A DNA stretch of 64,000 bases, taken from NCBI GenBank assembly GCA_002633005.1, contig NMRA01000105.1, positions 536,010 to 600,009 on the forward strand, written 5' to 3'. Both the position numbers and the translations under genes were made by a program. The notes beneath the pieces are model-generated. The model was given only the letters and a program-made list of their open reading frames with translations. It was not told where the DNA came from and did no database searches. This document shows positions 51,801-63,271 of this stretch, one piece after another (the stretch's first letter is position 1; every line of letters starts with the position of its first letter). The stretch comes from Phoronis australis. Lineage: Eukaryota > Animalia > Phoronida.

Positions 51801-54800
51801 GATAATTTTATGTTTCCAGGAAACTTTGGATGTTTTGAAGGTGGTGCTGTACGTGGCTTAAAGGTGTAACTCCCCAAACTTTGTGTGAAAAGATAGAATT
51901 TAGTGTGAAAAGAACAGTCCACTTTTTCACCAGAAGCTAATACATGAACAACAGAATTCTCACAAGCACCATGTAATTAAGTTTTGTTCCACTGAGATGT
52001 TACTTATGGGACCTGGTTGTTTGTTGAGTGTTATTTGTTCTGCTGCAGTTGTATTACTTTAAAGTATTTTGAGAAAGTCTGATGATCGAATTAGCCAACG
52101 ACGTCTAGACGACATTGACCTACCTTTTGAACTGTCCATGTCAGAGGGCACTGTTGAAGTAGTGCGGTAGGTGAATACGGAAAACAATATCACATGGCCG
52201 TGTTGCATTCGACTGACTCAACTCATATGGGATAAAAGACAGTACAGTTCTTGAATTCTTCAACAGAAGCATTTAGGGATTAAAAAACATTACCATGCTC
52301 CTCCGATCTAAATTATTGCTCTCTGACTGAGCTGGCATCTCAACACACAGGCAATGCGTACATGTGCAATTATCAAAAGTGCAAATTTTGGGTTGACCAA
52401 CCAACCCCCAATTGGAGTGTTTTCTTTTGATGATTTTGATTTTCTCATTGGTAAGGAATCCTATAATAATGAGTATAAAGAGTGAAATGCTGAATTGGCC
52501 ATTTTCGTTTTAAGCCACCTAAACAGGGCGAGGCCGTCCCTGCTTTGACTGGAATATATACTTCCAACACAATCACACCCACCTACCTAGGATCATGATG
52601 ACTAGTCTTGCATATCGCCACAGTATTCTGAATGACCTGGTCAAGGTTCTTAAACTGGTGTATACCAAGAATGGACGTCCTCATGACACCACCATTGGGG
52701 GCCGGATACATGTTGGCACATTCACCCATTTCCCTCCATACAGTCTCAGCCCACTGCAATACAGCTTATTACATAATACCAAACTCAAATTAAATGACCA
52801 ATTAAGAAACCGGGCCGTTCAGTGGTGGTTGTAGTCTGACTATGCTTCTCTACATCAACCAGTGTGGCCGTCTGCCCTTGATATCTCAGTTGATCTGAAC
52901 TCCTTTTGTGGGGTACAAAGCAATTATCGCATTAGCGATGTATGCAGGACAATAAAAAACTGGCTGAAATAAATAGAAGTGTCAAGGACAGAAACTGGTA
53001 ATTTAACATGTTTGGCTTCAGAAATGGTTGAATTCCTTGTGAAAGGTTAAGTGTAGAACCCTTCTTTCATAGAAGAAATATGATAAAAATTAGCCAAAAC
53101 CCTGTGATGGGTTTTGATTTCTTGACAACAGTTTTGAGTTGATGTGTGTTTACATTAATGTATTCATTCAGCCTGAGCGAGGTAGATAATTAGCGTTTGC
53201 CTTGTGACGGCAGACAAAAGAACGAGCCTGGCACTTAACAAAAGAAGGATAGAAATCAGGCCGCTAAAAACCAGTGTCATCTCGAATACCGACTAAACGA
53301 GAGTAAGTCGTAATGTGTGTTTCAACGTGGCTCCATGGAAGTGGAAGTTCACCTCTCTTACCACTGAAGGAATGAACATAGTATAGTCTTCTAATGCAAG
53401 TACAATAACCCATGGGTTTCCAATGGAAAAAGCCCACATTCTGCCACAATTCAACAATCCAGCCTAGACAACTGATCACTTCATTATAGTTACAATACAA
53501 GGTAATTGGATACACTCGCTACCAAGGGTTGCACTTCTTGAAATATCTTAAAATAAAAGCCATAAGCCCAGGAAACCATATACTGTAAAATTCTTCAACT
53601 TGGGACAAAAAGAATTTTTACAATTGCCATGTTTCTATAATTATTCTTCAGAGGTTTACCACATCATTGCAAATGCTCAAAATTTTACCAAATGCCGTCT
53701 GCTACAGATACAAACCATGGTAAACGCAAAGTAAATTTTCCAGAAAAGTTATTTTTGTTGAGAAATTTGACAAAATGTAATTGCGCCTGTCTGCCATATT
53801 GTGTCCCAAACTGAAGAATTTTACATCATTTTTCAAATGCTTGATGATCACATAAATCTACTTTGGGGATGAAAATAATGCCCTGATTGTGTTTTTTCTT
53901 AAAAAACCCTGAGGTACAGAAATTCTACCAAAAAGGTTAAACAGTTTTTGAAAATTTGAAAGGAACCAGTTTTCTGGATTAACACATACCAAATGGGGAT
54001 CCTCTTCATAGCTTCGACAGCTGAGTACTTTTAATGTCGTAGCTCCAATACCCATGCCTCCTTGGTCCTCACACTCAGGGATACCTTCCTTTCTCCACTT
54101 GTTCAAACGCTTTGCGAAATCTAATACGTCAATCTGGAAAAGGCATGCAACATAACTGATATCCAGTAAACACATGATAGCGTGTCTTGTTTTAAAAGTA
54201 GCAAAGCGTACATGAGTAAGCTGATCTCAAGTTACAATCATTAATTGGTCGATACATACTACATAGAATGAGGACAACCAATCCCAGCATTAAAGTCATC
54301 CCCCATGGTGTTTATTATAAAAAATCGTCAGGTATTGCCGCTCGTTTTCCCGTGATTTATGGTATGACAAAGAATGGCACAGCATTGCATTTGCAATGGT
54401 TGTGACAACTCCGTATTTGAGCACGCTGTGGCTCTTTTGATGAGGGACATCAAAGAAGCACTAATATGGCTCAAGTTTGTACAAGAAACTAACATGTTGG
54501 TGGACACTCATGTCGTAGAGCTAAGAAACTTTCAACTCAAGTCGCCTTTCTTCTATTCCCTCGTTTATGGGATATTAAATTAACGATTGCGGTATGCAGA
54601 GCTATGAATGTATGTTTTATGATGCTGACAATGTGGTCACTGGTCAAAACAGGGTAAATAGTGATTTTAAGCACTTTAGTATTTTGTACACAGGGAGCAC
54701 AAGAAGGCCACTATCCCATTTTCAAACAAGATTTAACCTTTTGACCTCCGTCTATAATCATCCTACCTTCCCACAGTGCTCAGCAACTGACTGCATTATC

Positions 54801-57581
54801 AATATCATCTGGTCTGAGTCATCCGTCCAATCTCCATCCTTCCAACGAGCGCGGTGCATGTCCGGCACTTTCATACTGTATTCCAGATGTTTCTTACCGT
54901 AGTACTATCAAGATAAACAGAGATTCCAGTAATGAAACAAGGTTTTATCACCTCATGACAGCAGTGAGGCTTAACAAATAGCTTCAAGTCACTCAAAAAT
55001 GCTGTTTAAAATAGTCACTGAGTCACTCATATCAGCACTGACTCTAAGAGTTGTAAATCAGAGAATTTTGTACAAAAATGACAAAATAAATGTAACTTTT
55101 TAAGTCAGACATGCATTTGAAAATCCATATACCAATTACAGGTACTGTTCAAATACTTTGCCCACAGAGGCAACTTATTTTATAGACAGGAATGAATTCT
55201 GAGACAATTTGGAACCTTTGACCAATCAACGGTCAAGAGTCCAAAATCCTCATTATGCCAATCTCTAAACTTGGTCATCTTGCACTAAGTCTGGACCCTT
55301 TTCTCATGTACCCATTTTCTAAAAGGGGTCCATAGGGCCTGATAATCACCATAGCAATTTCCTCCTTCACCATAAATTCTGTTAACAACCCAATGGCATC
55401 ACCGACGCAGTTTCCATAGATCGTGCCATAGACGTGGTCTTTGAGTTCCTAGAAATAAAATACAGAGAAATCTGGAGTCTTAGTTGAATGTCAATTGTAT
55501 TTAGTATGGGACAACAATTTAACTTGCTTTTGAGGCCCAAGTGTGAGTCCTATTTCACAGCATGACATCAAGTACATGATACAAAGCAATTCTTGCTCAT
55601 CTCATGTGATCAGTACGGCTTAAAGCTGCAATTCCCATTGTTTAGCCGACTAAAAAACCAAAATTAAATAAAGCCTTAAATTCTCATAAAATCAATCTTA
55701 TAAATTCCTTACAGTTGTACGATCTGATGTTCTTGTTGGAAAGTTACGGAATTACTAGTAGAATCTTACCAAGATTTCCGTTTTTCTGTTCGTAAAACAG
55801 GGCAAAATGCAGCTTTACAGACAACTTAAAAATGATACACATACCAGAGGCGGATCCAGGATTTTGAGTTGGGAGGAGGGCAAGGGGAGAGTGTTTGCCA
55901 GTATTTTGACTGTCAGACATTCACACTCCCTAACTGCCAAACGGAATCTGGGAGAATTTTACGGGCATATCGAGCACTGATTCGAACTCTCAATATCAAC
56001 AACTTTAAGACACTTTTAATTACTACAGATCTGAGCCAAAGATAACTTCATCAGCAATCAACCACTGAAGGAATAACGTATATAAAACAAACACAATAGC
56101 CCACTGAATTTAGAGTCCTTAGTCTGAGTCAGGGTAATAAATCTGTGAAAGCCATTACGAAAACCAGGGTTTCAACTCCAGATGACAGTGATTTCCAAAC
56201 CGAGACTAAATTGCAACCTAGTCAATTGTTGAGTATTCCCGTGGTCTTCTGTCTGGCATTGACAGCTTTTGGTTGCTTTTAGTAAATCTTCAAACCATGG
56301 TAGATTGTTTGCCAGTGGGTTGTCATGGTGATGCCGGGTGAAATAGTACAGGAAGGTTGATGTTCAACGATGGTCCAGATTCACATCTGGACTAGCCACA
56401 GTTTAGAAACCACTGTTGTCTGGAGTTGAAACCCAATGGGAGGTTTTTGTAATGATTAAAGTTAGAAGGTTTAACAAAGCATGATGGAATTTGGTACTAA
56501 ACTTAATGGTAAACAACTCAGTAGCAACAAAAGCTTTAAACCTAAAATTTCCAGAATAACTTAGATGGATTTTTCATTATTGAAAATTAGTGAACCAGAT
56601 TTTCAATGGCATCCGAAAGACTTTGAGTTGCTGCCTGCTGAAAGTTTACATTTCGTTAGACAAGAGCTCAATTAAATGTAGTAAATCAGTTAAACTTCTC
56701 TGTCCCCTTTTGAATAAGGACAGCAAGATGAAATTATACCAGACTTTTGTTAAATCTCACTTCACTCAATGTCCTTCAGATGGCACTTGTGTGGTGAGCA
56801 AAAATCTAAGAAAGCCTATAGCACAGAGCATTGAAGTTTGTATTTGACGAGTCCTAAGAGACCGGAACTAACATCATCTACTTCATTCTCAAACAAAAGC
56901 TGATCCACTTGTAACATGGAGATTTAAATGTTTAAAACCTCTGAAGATTACAAGCTTATATTTAGAAATACAAGACCATGTCCACTTAACTCTAAGTTTA
57001 AAATTGAAGAGTCAGATAAGTAAATGCACTTGCTATAACTGGCACTTCAAAACTTCCTTATTGGTCTCAATTTTATGTGCTACTATAGGTTGCAAACTAT
57101 ATGAAACAAAGTGGACTAATGATGTGAAAGCTACCGCTGAGCTTTCACATTTTCTCCACGGGTTTAGTGCCTTATCTGTGTTGAATGTGTAAGACATGCA
57201 TTAGGTCAGAGAGTGTCAGTTTCTACTGCCAAGTAGAGATGATGGCACTGTCTACCATTAGAGTGACCATGCACCGTCTCTAGCTGGTCCCAATAGAGAC
57301 CGTGAAGCTCCTATATCTCAGAAGCCTTTCAGAGAATTATGCCTCACACTGACTAAAACGTCAGCCACATTAATTGTTATAAGTACTTTTTGCGGATAGA
57401 GGGACACCTTTAGGAGACCGCCAATGTCTTCAATTCCTTACACAGTACTAAGGATGATATCCATATTATATCTACAAGTTCAAAGGTCTTCTATTTTCAG
57501 AAGGCCGTAATTGTGGAATTTTTCCATTGAAAATTGGCAGCTGTTTCTTACCGGGTCCATTGCTACATCATTTCTAGCCAT
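42185..57581 (-). CDS. ADP-ribosylglycohydrolase family protein (DraG/ARH fold), 360 aa
   Basis: 9 phase-consistent GT-AG exons: 57581-57552, 55448-55350, 54904-54767, 54133-53990, 52753-52587, 47008-46867, 46401-46231, 42949-42819, 42245-42185 (1083 nt). Family motifs GNCVGDAIGLLTEF, GDWTDDSDQ, APNGGVMRTS, SHHDPRC, GGDADTNSAVAGAL. Confidence 0.9.
42339..42482. repeat. 36-bp minisatellite x4 in the last intron of the hydrolase gene
   Basis: Unit gtctgctctgttgagacacactcagcacataagaac. Confidence 0.9.
43997..44238 (-). mobile_element. Same repeat family as 6441-6715 (copy 3, inverted)
   Basis: gggagctcgggggcttgaacgagccccc...gcaaaaaggtctgcctcag...aaaagtccac is the reverse complement of the 6441 copy; ends tgcgcccatg. 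Confidence 0.7.
44868..45112. repeat. 48-bp minisatellite x5
   Basis: Unit aatttctcatgttttcatatacaaggcaagyagcaccactgacaatac, with alternating T/C variant. Confidence 0.92.
49142..49178 (+). promoter_or_regulatory. IL-17 core promoter: kB-like site and TATA box
   Basis: GGGAAAGTCC at 49142-49151 (its reverse complement contains the GGACTTTCC core of the Ig-kB site). TATAAATA at 49171-49178, about 60 bp upstream of ATG 49237. Confidence 0.6.
49237..51248 (+). CDS. IL17: Interleukin-17-like cytokine, 216 aa
   Basis: Exon 1 49237-49248 (MAYK|gtaagt) plus exon 2 50610-51248 (tttttcag|ACT). Signal peptide MAYKTIQLVIFTLVHSVVIITA. IL-17 cystine-knot motifs RSHCPW...RIPRILINAKCKCDHC...CELV...VPVLR...C...Y...WETIGVGCTC. 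Confidence 0.92.
51249..51514 (+). promoter_or_regulatory. IL-17 3'UTR with AU-rich elements and poly(A) signal
   Basis: ATTTA at 51274, 51421 and 51497 in very AT-rich context; AATAAA at 51509-51514. Confidence 0.5.
53581..53826. mobile_element. MITE related to 32071-32378
   Basis: TIRs tactgtaaaattcttcaacttgggaca / tgtcccaaactgaagaattttaca. Internal part resembles 47390-47530. Confidence 0.6.
56153..56454. mobile_element. MITE
   Basis: TIRs gggtttcaactccagatgacagtgatttccaaac / gtttagaaaccactgttgtctggagttgaaaccc, extended by cattacgaaaacc / ggtttttgtaatg. Confidence 0.65.
56640..56850 (+). mobile_element. Degraded non-LTR retrotransposon (CR1/L2-like) RT C-terminal fragment
   Basis: Frameshifted KMKLYQTFVKSHFTQCP / WHLCG / RALKFVF matches the LYxxFxxxHxxYCxxVWHxC...RALRF pattern of CR1/L2 ORF2. 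Confidence 0.6.
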
Positions 57582-57801
57582 AACGTATTATGATTCCGGA
57601 TCTTGAAAAATGCCAGCCAAGTGAGAGCTGTAGAGACTGCATGTATGGTCACACTTCAAATGCACTATATCTTCAGTTAGATTCTTGAAGAAATGTGGGC
57701 GAAGTTTCTGCGTGAATGTCAAAAATCGGGCGGATGACCTCCTTGAGTCAATATTTGTATTTAATAAACACTGAAAATAAACTTACGGATTCACTTTGTT
57801 A

Positions 57802-58302
57802 AGACCCTTTCATATTGATTTAACTCCAGTCTGAGGGGAGCATCGACGTAAACAGCGCAGTTAACTGGACCGTTCATACTGGCTTCGGTAGTTAATGAAC
57901 ATCAAAATAAACGGTTGTGTGCTGCTGTCGTCATCGAAGTTATCGCAAGGTAGCGTTGCATGCTAAGATTTTTTCAATGTTTCAATTTGGAATGTGCTAA
58001 GTGACATTAAACTTATTTTTAAATTGATTGGTTATTATTAGAGCAAAATATAAGCAGCTATTAGTGACAGCACTACCTTGTAACTGTTGATGATAACAGT
58101 GGCACCTGGCGATAACTTCGATTGGACTGGAGTTAAGCGTTCATACTGCACCGCAGCATCGACGCTGCGGTCTTCATGAATCCACCTGTTAACTGCAATG
58201 TTAATTGGAGCTGTTAACTGCGATCCAGGACTGGAGTTAAGCGTTCATACTGACCGCAACTCCCCAAACCATCGATGCGTCGATGTTAGTATGAAAGGCC
58301 CT
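57802..58302. mobile_element. PIF/Harbinger-type MITE
   Basis: TIRs AGACCCTTTCATA / TATGAAAGGCCCT. TTA TSD at 57799-57801 and 58303-58305. Internal repeats ggactggagttaagcgttcatactg. Confidence 0.7.
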
Positions 58303-60930
58303 TTAAAGTTTCAAATGTCTAATTCTTCATGTATCGGATGTATCTCAGTATCTATCTTGTCTTTCTAAGTTTGTTCAAACTTTTTATCTGTTTACCTTAC
58401 CCACCCCTTGTGTATTTTTTCATTCGCGCTATTTCATTGAACTTATATGACGACTGATATCTTAGGACCAATAAAAGAAAAACATGTAAATGTCCATTTA
58501 TGTCCAACATAAACCAGTTTTCTGCTGGTGTAGGTCTTGATCCTTAGTTATGGAGGCGAAAAGGCACTTGATTTCTGTCGCATATACAAGTCCCTTGATA
58601 GTGGCACCGAGGTTCCAATTACCAAATCCTATTTTTTGATACAAAACATGTGGAGAATTTCTCACGCTAGTCACCACTCACATTCCCTCAGCCCCAGACA
58701 ACTTTAATGATGCCTATTCAGCACGCCTTTTGAATTAATGTAGATCTGAGCTAATGGAGTGGAAAGGTTATAGCCTACACTACTGTCTCAACAGTGGTGG
58801 CTGTTGTTACACCCAAATTGGGTTTCTCCGGCATTTGCACAGAGTTGGCTAGCAACTGTAGAGAGTAGTTTTAACTTGATACATTTTAAATATTACAAAA
58901 TGACTAATAAAATTAATTTGTGTTTATATTAACTGGTGATACAGGAAAGAACCTCCAGGATATCTGCCTTGGCTATTTGTACCTGAACGGCACACAGTTA
59001 CTCTTGTGTTAGAAAGCATAGATCATCCATTTCTGTTAAAGCATAATAGTTTGTCAGAGTGAAATTTACACTTGGTCTACCAACAGACTTTGTTTTCGAA
59101 ACGACACCAAATCCCGTGATGACAATGAAAGACAGCACACACACACAAAATAGTACTTTTTCATTTTTTATTTCCCATTCCAATGATAAAGTAACAGGGG
59201 CCTGGGATTCCCCTGCCTTACTTTACAATCGATAAGTGAAAATTGGCAACACAAATATACAGTGGAATTGATTTTAACAATGACAAACAGGAAAAAAAAC
59301 AACAAAATTACATAAAGTGTTGTATACATTTCTGAGAAAGGAATACAAAAACCCTCTTTGCATATATTTTTTTTCCAAAATAGAGTTTCTCAACCAATCT
59401 TTATATTGTAGAGTTTACTCTTGATCTATCTTACTTGAGAATTCATACAGGAAAACCTATAGCTTGAGCATCAGAATATTGCACTTATAAAATTTCTACG
59501 TTTAAAGCAATCCAATGTATAACAAAGGTAATTTCATCAATGGTATGCACTGCTTTCTAAGAGGACCGTTGCTACTGCACCTCAGAGTGAACAGGTGGTT
59601 AAAAATAACAGCATCACCATGTGCAATAGTTATATTTATTACGACATATATTCACTTATGAAAAACACTTTGCCTCGATGATGTCATGTCATTGTCTTAT
59701 AAATCCTGGTAAAGCACCATATTTGTGTAAATCTTCTACGCGATGAAAAAAGAAAAATTAATCAGCAGCACTGACATTTTTTGGAAAGTAAGCATCAAAA
59801 GGCATCAATTGACATAATTATAGTTAACTACATGAAGGCAAGGAAAATTTGTCCCAGAACAAAAAAGCGCTGTTACTGTTAGCAGGTGAATAGCTGGGAC
59901 TATGTTAGCCTAGCCTGTCTGTCAGACCAAAGCAAAATACAAATTTTATCAGAAACACTTGAATAGAGTCTTAAATGGCAGCTTTAGACATGCCATTTAT
60001 ACAACTTTTGGAATTTTTTAAATAAATGAGGCAGTTCTTGAGTTATTTAATTTTTTTGTTGACAAAGGAATTGTTATTACCTTATACCCAATGATCCATT
60101 TTTGTTGTTTTATTTACGTATATTTACTTTACTTTTCGACACAAAAGTGTATCCTTTAGAGGGTCTCAGGATCGCCTCTTTTAGTTTCAGATTTATTTTC
60201 TATGTTATTCTCGTCAAATGATATAGGAACTGAGAGGTATTGTGTTGGTGTCCATCCAAAAAGAGCATACTCATATCCTAAAATGTTTTGATGCACTGCA
60301 GCGTTGAATGAACAATTATTTTAATGAAAAATGTAATTTTTTTAAAAATGAACCTATTCATAGCACCACCACGAGGTAGAAAAAGAGTAAGAAAAATATT
60401 TTGAAGAAAATAGAAAAGACTGACACTGTCCCCAAAATTGAAGTTAAATTGAATTTTAAAAATATTCTATGCTATTTTAATGATAATGTTTCACCAATTT
60501 GGGCTACTAATTGTAATTTAGCGAAGTTTTAATACATTTGATCAATCAAATTCGAAATTAACTTTCTGTAGCAAGTTAATTTCAATCTCAAAAATTTGCT
60601 CAAAATGCGCGAAATAAAAACAAAACTTTACTTTCCTTGATACATGAAACCAAGACACCGGAAGTTATGATTCCTCCTCAGGTAGTTTCGCATTAGGCCG
60701 CCTGACTTGATGGGGTTGCGAACCTCTTAACGAGTCACTATGGTTAGTGAGTGCCACCGGCTCTACTTACCTGTCTCTACTGCCAAGTAGAGAGTGATGG
60801 CACTGTCTAGTGACCATGCATAGTATCTAGCTGGTTCCAATAGAGACTGTGAAGCTCCTAAACGCCAGAAGCATTTCAGCGAATTATGCCTCACACTAAT
60901 TAAAACGTCGGTCACGTTAATTGTTTTAAG

Positions 60931-61047
60931 GACAATGGTCGGATATAGCGGTCCCGGATTTTTTAGAGAGCCATTTCATCCACTAAGTAACGGGCCCAGT
61001 GACTGTCTGGTTCTCTAAATCTGGGACCGCTATATCCGACCAGTGAC
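60931..61047. mobile_element. 117-bp hairpin MITE with 9-bp TSD (Mutator-like)
   Basis: TIR tggtcggatatagcggtccc. TSD tgttttaag at 60922-60930 and 61048-61056. Empty site (single tgttataag) in the paralogous segment at about 57375. Confidence 0.8.
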
Positions 61048-61075
61048 TGTTTTAAGTACCATTTGCGGATGGAGG

Positions 61076-61493
61076 TGCTGTGTGTGAACTTGGAATCCTG
61101 CTTAATCTCAGGATCGCGTATGCGTGAACCTGGAATTGAGTATTCTTTTAAAAGGCAAACAGGTGAAAAGAATTTTTGTAATTATTGGCCTCGTGATCAA
61201 CCATTTTCTCCTTTACCATAACTTATGTCGCTGAACCGGAGGAATATGTGAATGGCTAAATCGATTATTGTTCGGTGAAACTGATCGCTCGTATTTGAAA
61301 AGGTGGTTAAAATTGACGTAACTTTATTCCGCAAATGTAACTAATTGATTTAGTGCAGTGCAAATTTTTATGAACATGAACATGATTATTTGAGTGAACT
61401 TTTCAAGTTGCCTCGCGTATTCCAAGTTCACCCAACACTCACTTCCGCTTAATCTTGAGATTAAAGCAGGAGATTCAAAGTTCACGTACAGCA
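61076..61493. mobile_element. 418-bp MITE with TG...CA ends and 4-bp TSD
   Basis: TIRs tgctgtgtgtgaacttggaatc / gattcaaagttcacgtacagca. TSD GAGG on both sides. Empty site gcggataGAGGgacacc at about 57392. Confidence 0.8.
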
Positions 61494-61669
61494 GAGGGAC
61501 ACCATTATTGTGAGGAGACCGCGGATGTCTTCAATTCCTAACACAGTAGTAAGACTGATATCCATAATATCTATAGGTTCAAACGTGTTTCCATTTTCCG
61601 CATTCTTTGGGGTTAATGGACCGTACATGTGGACATTTTCTGCGCTGAAAATTGGCAGCTGTTTCTTAC

Positions 61670-61699
61670 CGGGTCCATTGCTACATCATTTCCAGCCAT
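61670..61699 (-). CDS. Duplicate first coding exon of the ADP-ribosylglycohydrolase gene (copy 2)
   Basis: ATG...CCG|gtaaga encodes MAGNDVAMDP, phase 0. Lies within a diverged duplicate of 57222-57790. Confidence 0.6.
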
Positions 61700-61951
61700 A
61701 ACGTATTCTGTTTCCGGATCTTAAAAAACGTCAGGCTGGCAAGTGAGTGAGTGCTGTAGAGACTGTATGGCCACACTTCAAATCCACTATATCTTCAGTT
61801 AGATTCTTGAAGAAATGTGGGCGAGAAGCAATTCGTGAACTGAAGTTTCTGTGTGAACGTCAAATATCGGGGCCGATAACCCACTTGAGTCAATATTTAT
61901 ATTTAGCCAAATGAAAATAAAACTTCCGGATAGACTCGAGCATTCACCAAC

Positions 61952-62142
61952 AGGTGACACTGAAAACTCTTTTTCTCCGCGGAGAATACCTTGGCCGCTG
62001 CGGAAAAACCTCTTTCCGCCTCTTAGAAAACTTTTCTCCGCCAAAAAAATTTTTTTTCCGCGGAGAAAATCTTGCCGCTTCTCCGCGGAGAATTTTTTTG
62101 GTATCGGAAAGGTTTTCTCTGTTATTTTTTTCAAAGTCACCT
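61952..62142. mobile_element. MITE-like element with TCTCCGCGGAGA palindromes (also at 63502-63686)
   Basis: Termini aggtgacactgaaaa / ttttcaaagtcacct; repeated palindromic tctccgcggaga. Confidence 0.5.
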
Positions 62143-62681
62143 TTCTTCTCAAGTTTCCGGATTTAAAAGCTAGAAAGCTAATCCGGCTTTCTGGGTTTCA
62201 GAGTATTTTCACTCGAAATTTTGCTTATTGGAGCGCTTTTCACTCTTCAAAAATCTTAGGCTACTTCCCGGTAATCTGCCGGGTCGGTATAACGGCTGCA
62301 TTGCGGTCAAACACGCTTCCGCTTTCAGTTTGCAACCCAGCCACTTACGACCGTTGGATCATTTCTCTGAGTAAGTTTCATAAAACGCATCATCCATTCC
62401 TCACAGTACCTTCTGACACTGTCAAACCTATTGAAGACGATGCTGTGTAGTCAAATATTGCTGAATACCAACCTTTCAGTTGGAACCGTAGTTAAAACAC
62501 TCCTGAGGATTTTTGTAGTAAGAAAATGGAATATTTGTGAACGAACAACCCACTCACGTCCATGAACATTGTGAATGGTTGAGAGAATCCACAGTGATTA
62601 CAAAAACTTACTTGTAAAACAACCATGAATATAAACAAGGCCTTTGGTGTACCAACCTCATAAAGCATGTACTTCTTGTCA

Positions 62682-62776
62682 NNNNNNNNNNNNNNNNNNN
62701 NNNNNNNNNNNNNNNNNNNNNNNNNNNNNNNNNNNNNNNNNNNNNNNNNNNNNNNNNNNNNNNNNNNNNNNNNNNN
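62682..62776. other. Assembly gap
   Basis: Run of N. Confidence 1.
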
Positions 62777-63235
62777 TCATTATTTATGCTACCCTGGCAC
62801 AGTGGGGTATGACGTCATCAGCGGGTGAAACGACAAAACCTTTTTTAAAAATCTCTTTTAACTAAGTTGGAGTTTTGCGTTTTCTCATTGGGTTCATTTT
62901 TGGACTCTTGCGAACGTTAGTTAGTTTGCGTTTGCGAGAAGACAACACGTGTTCTCTCGCGAACGTGACCCCGTTCGCGAGAACAACGCCGGTCCTCTCG
63001 CGAACGTGAGTTCATTGGCGGACATCTTGGATCGAGGAAAAACGCTCGGGAGGCGAACATAATTTGTCGCGTATCTTCTCAAATGTTGTAGATTTCACGA
63101 AAAAGTGTGAGTAGAGTGGCGCGCGTGATCCATAAGAGTGGGTAATTGTATATTGCGACACTTCATTTTATTTTTTAAGTATTCCTGACAGAATTTGAAA
63201 TGGGACCAACTTATCCGACTATTACCGTTTCTTAC

Positions 63236-63271
63236 CGGGTCCATTGGCATTGCTACATCATTTCCAGCCAT
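63236..63271 (-). CDS. Duplicate first coding exon of the ADP-ribosylglycohydrolase gene (copy 3)
   Basis: Encodes MAGNDVAMPMDP|gtaaga (6-bp in-frame insertion), phase 0. 63228-64000 duplicates 61662-62459. Confidence 0.5.

Noticed and set aside
60771-60857. Candidate 87-nt minus-strand cassette exon (tttag|GAG...CAG|gtaagt) downstream of first-exon copy 2
   Set aside because: Has an in-frame TAG and the donor is absent from the paralogous copy; at most a cryptic or poison exon, unsupported.
61799-62450. 117-aa and 179-aa overlapping ORFs
   Set aside because: Derived from a palindromic repeat element; frames are not conserved in the duplicate at 63470-64000.
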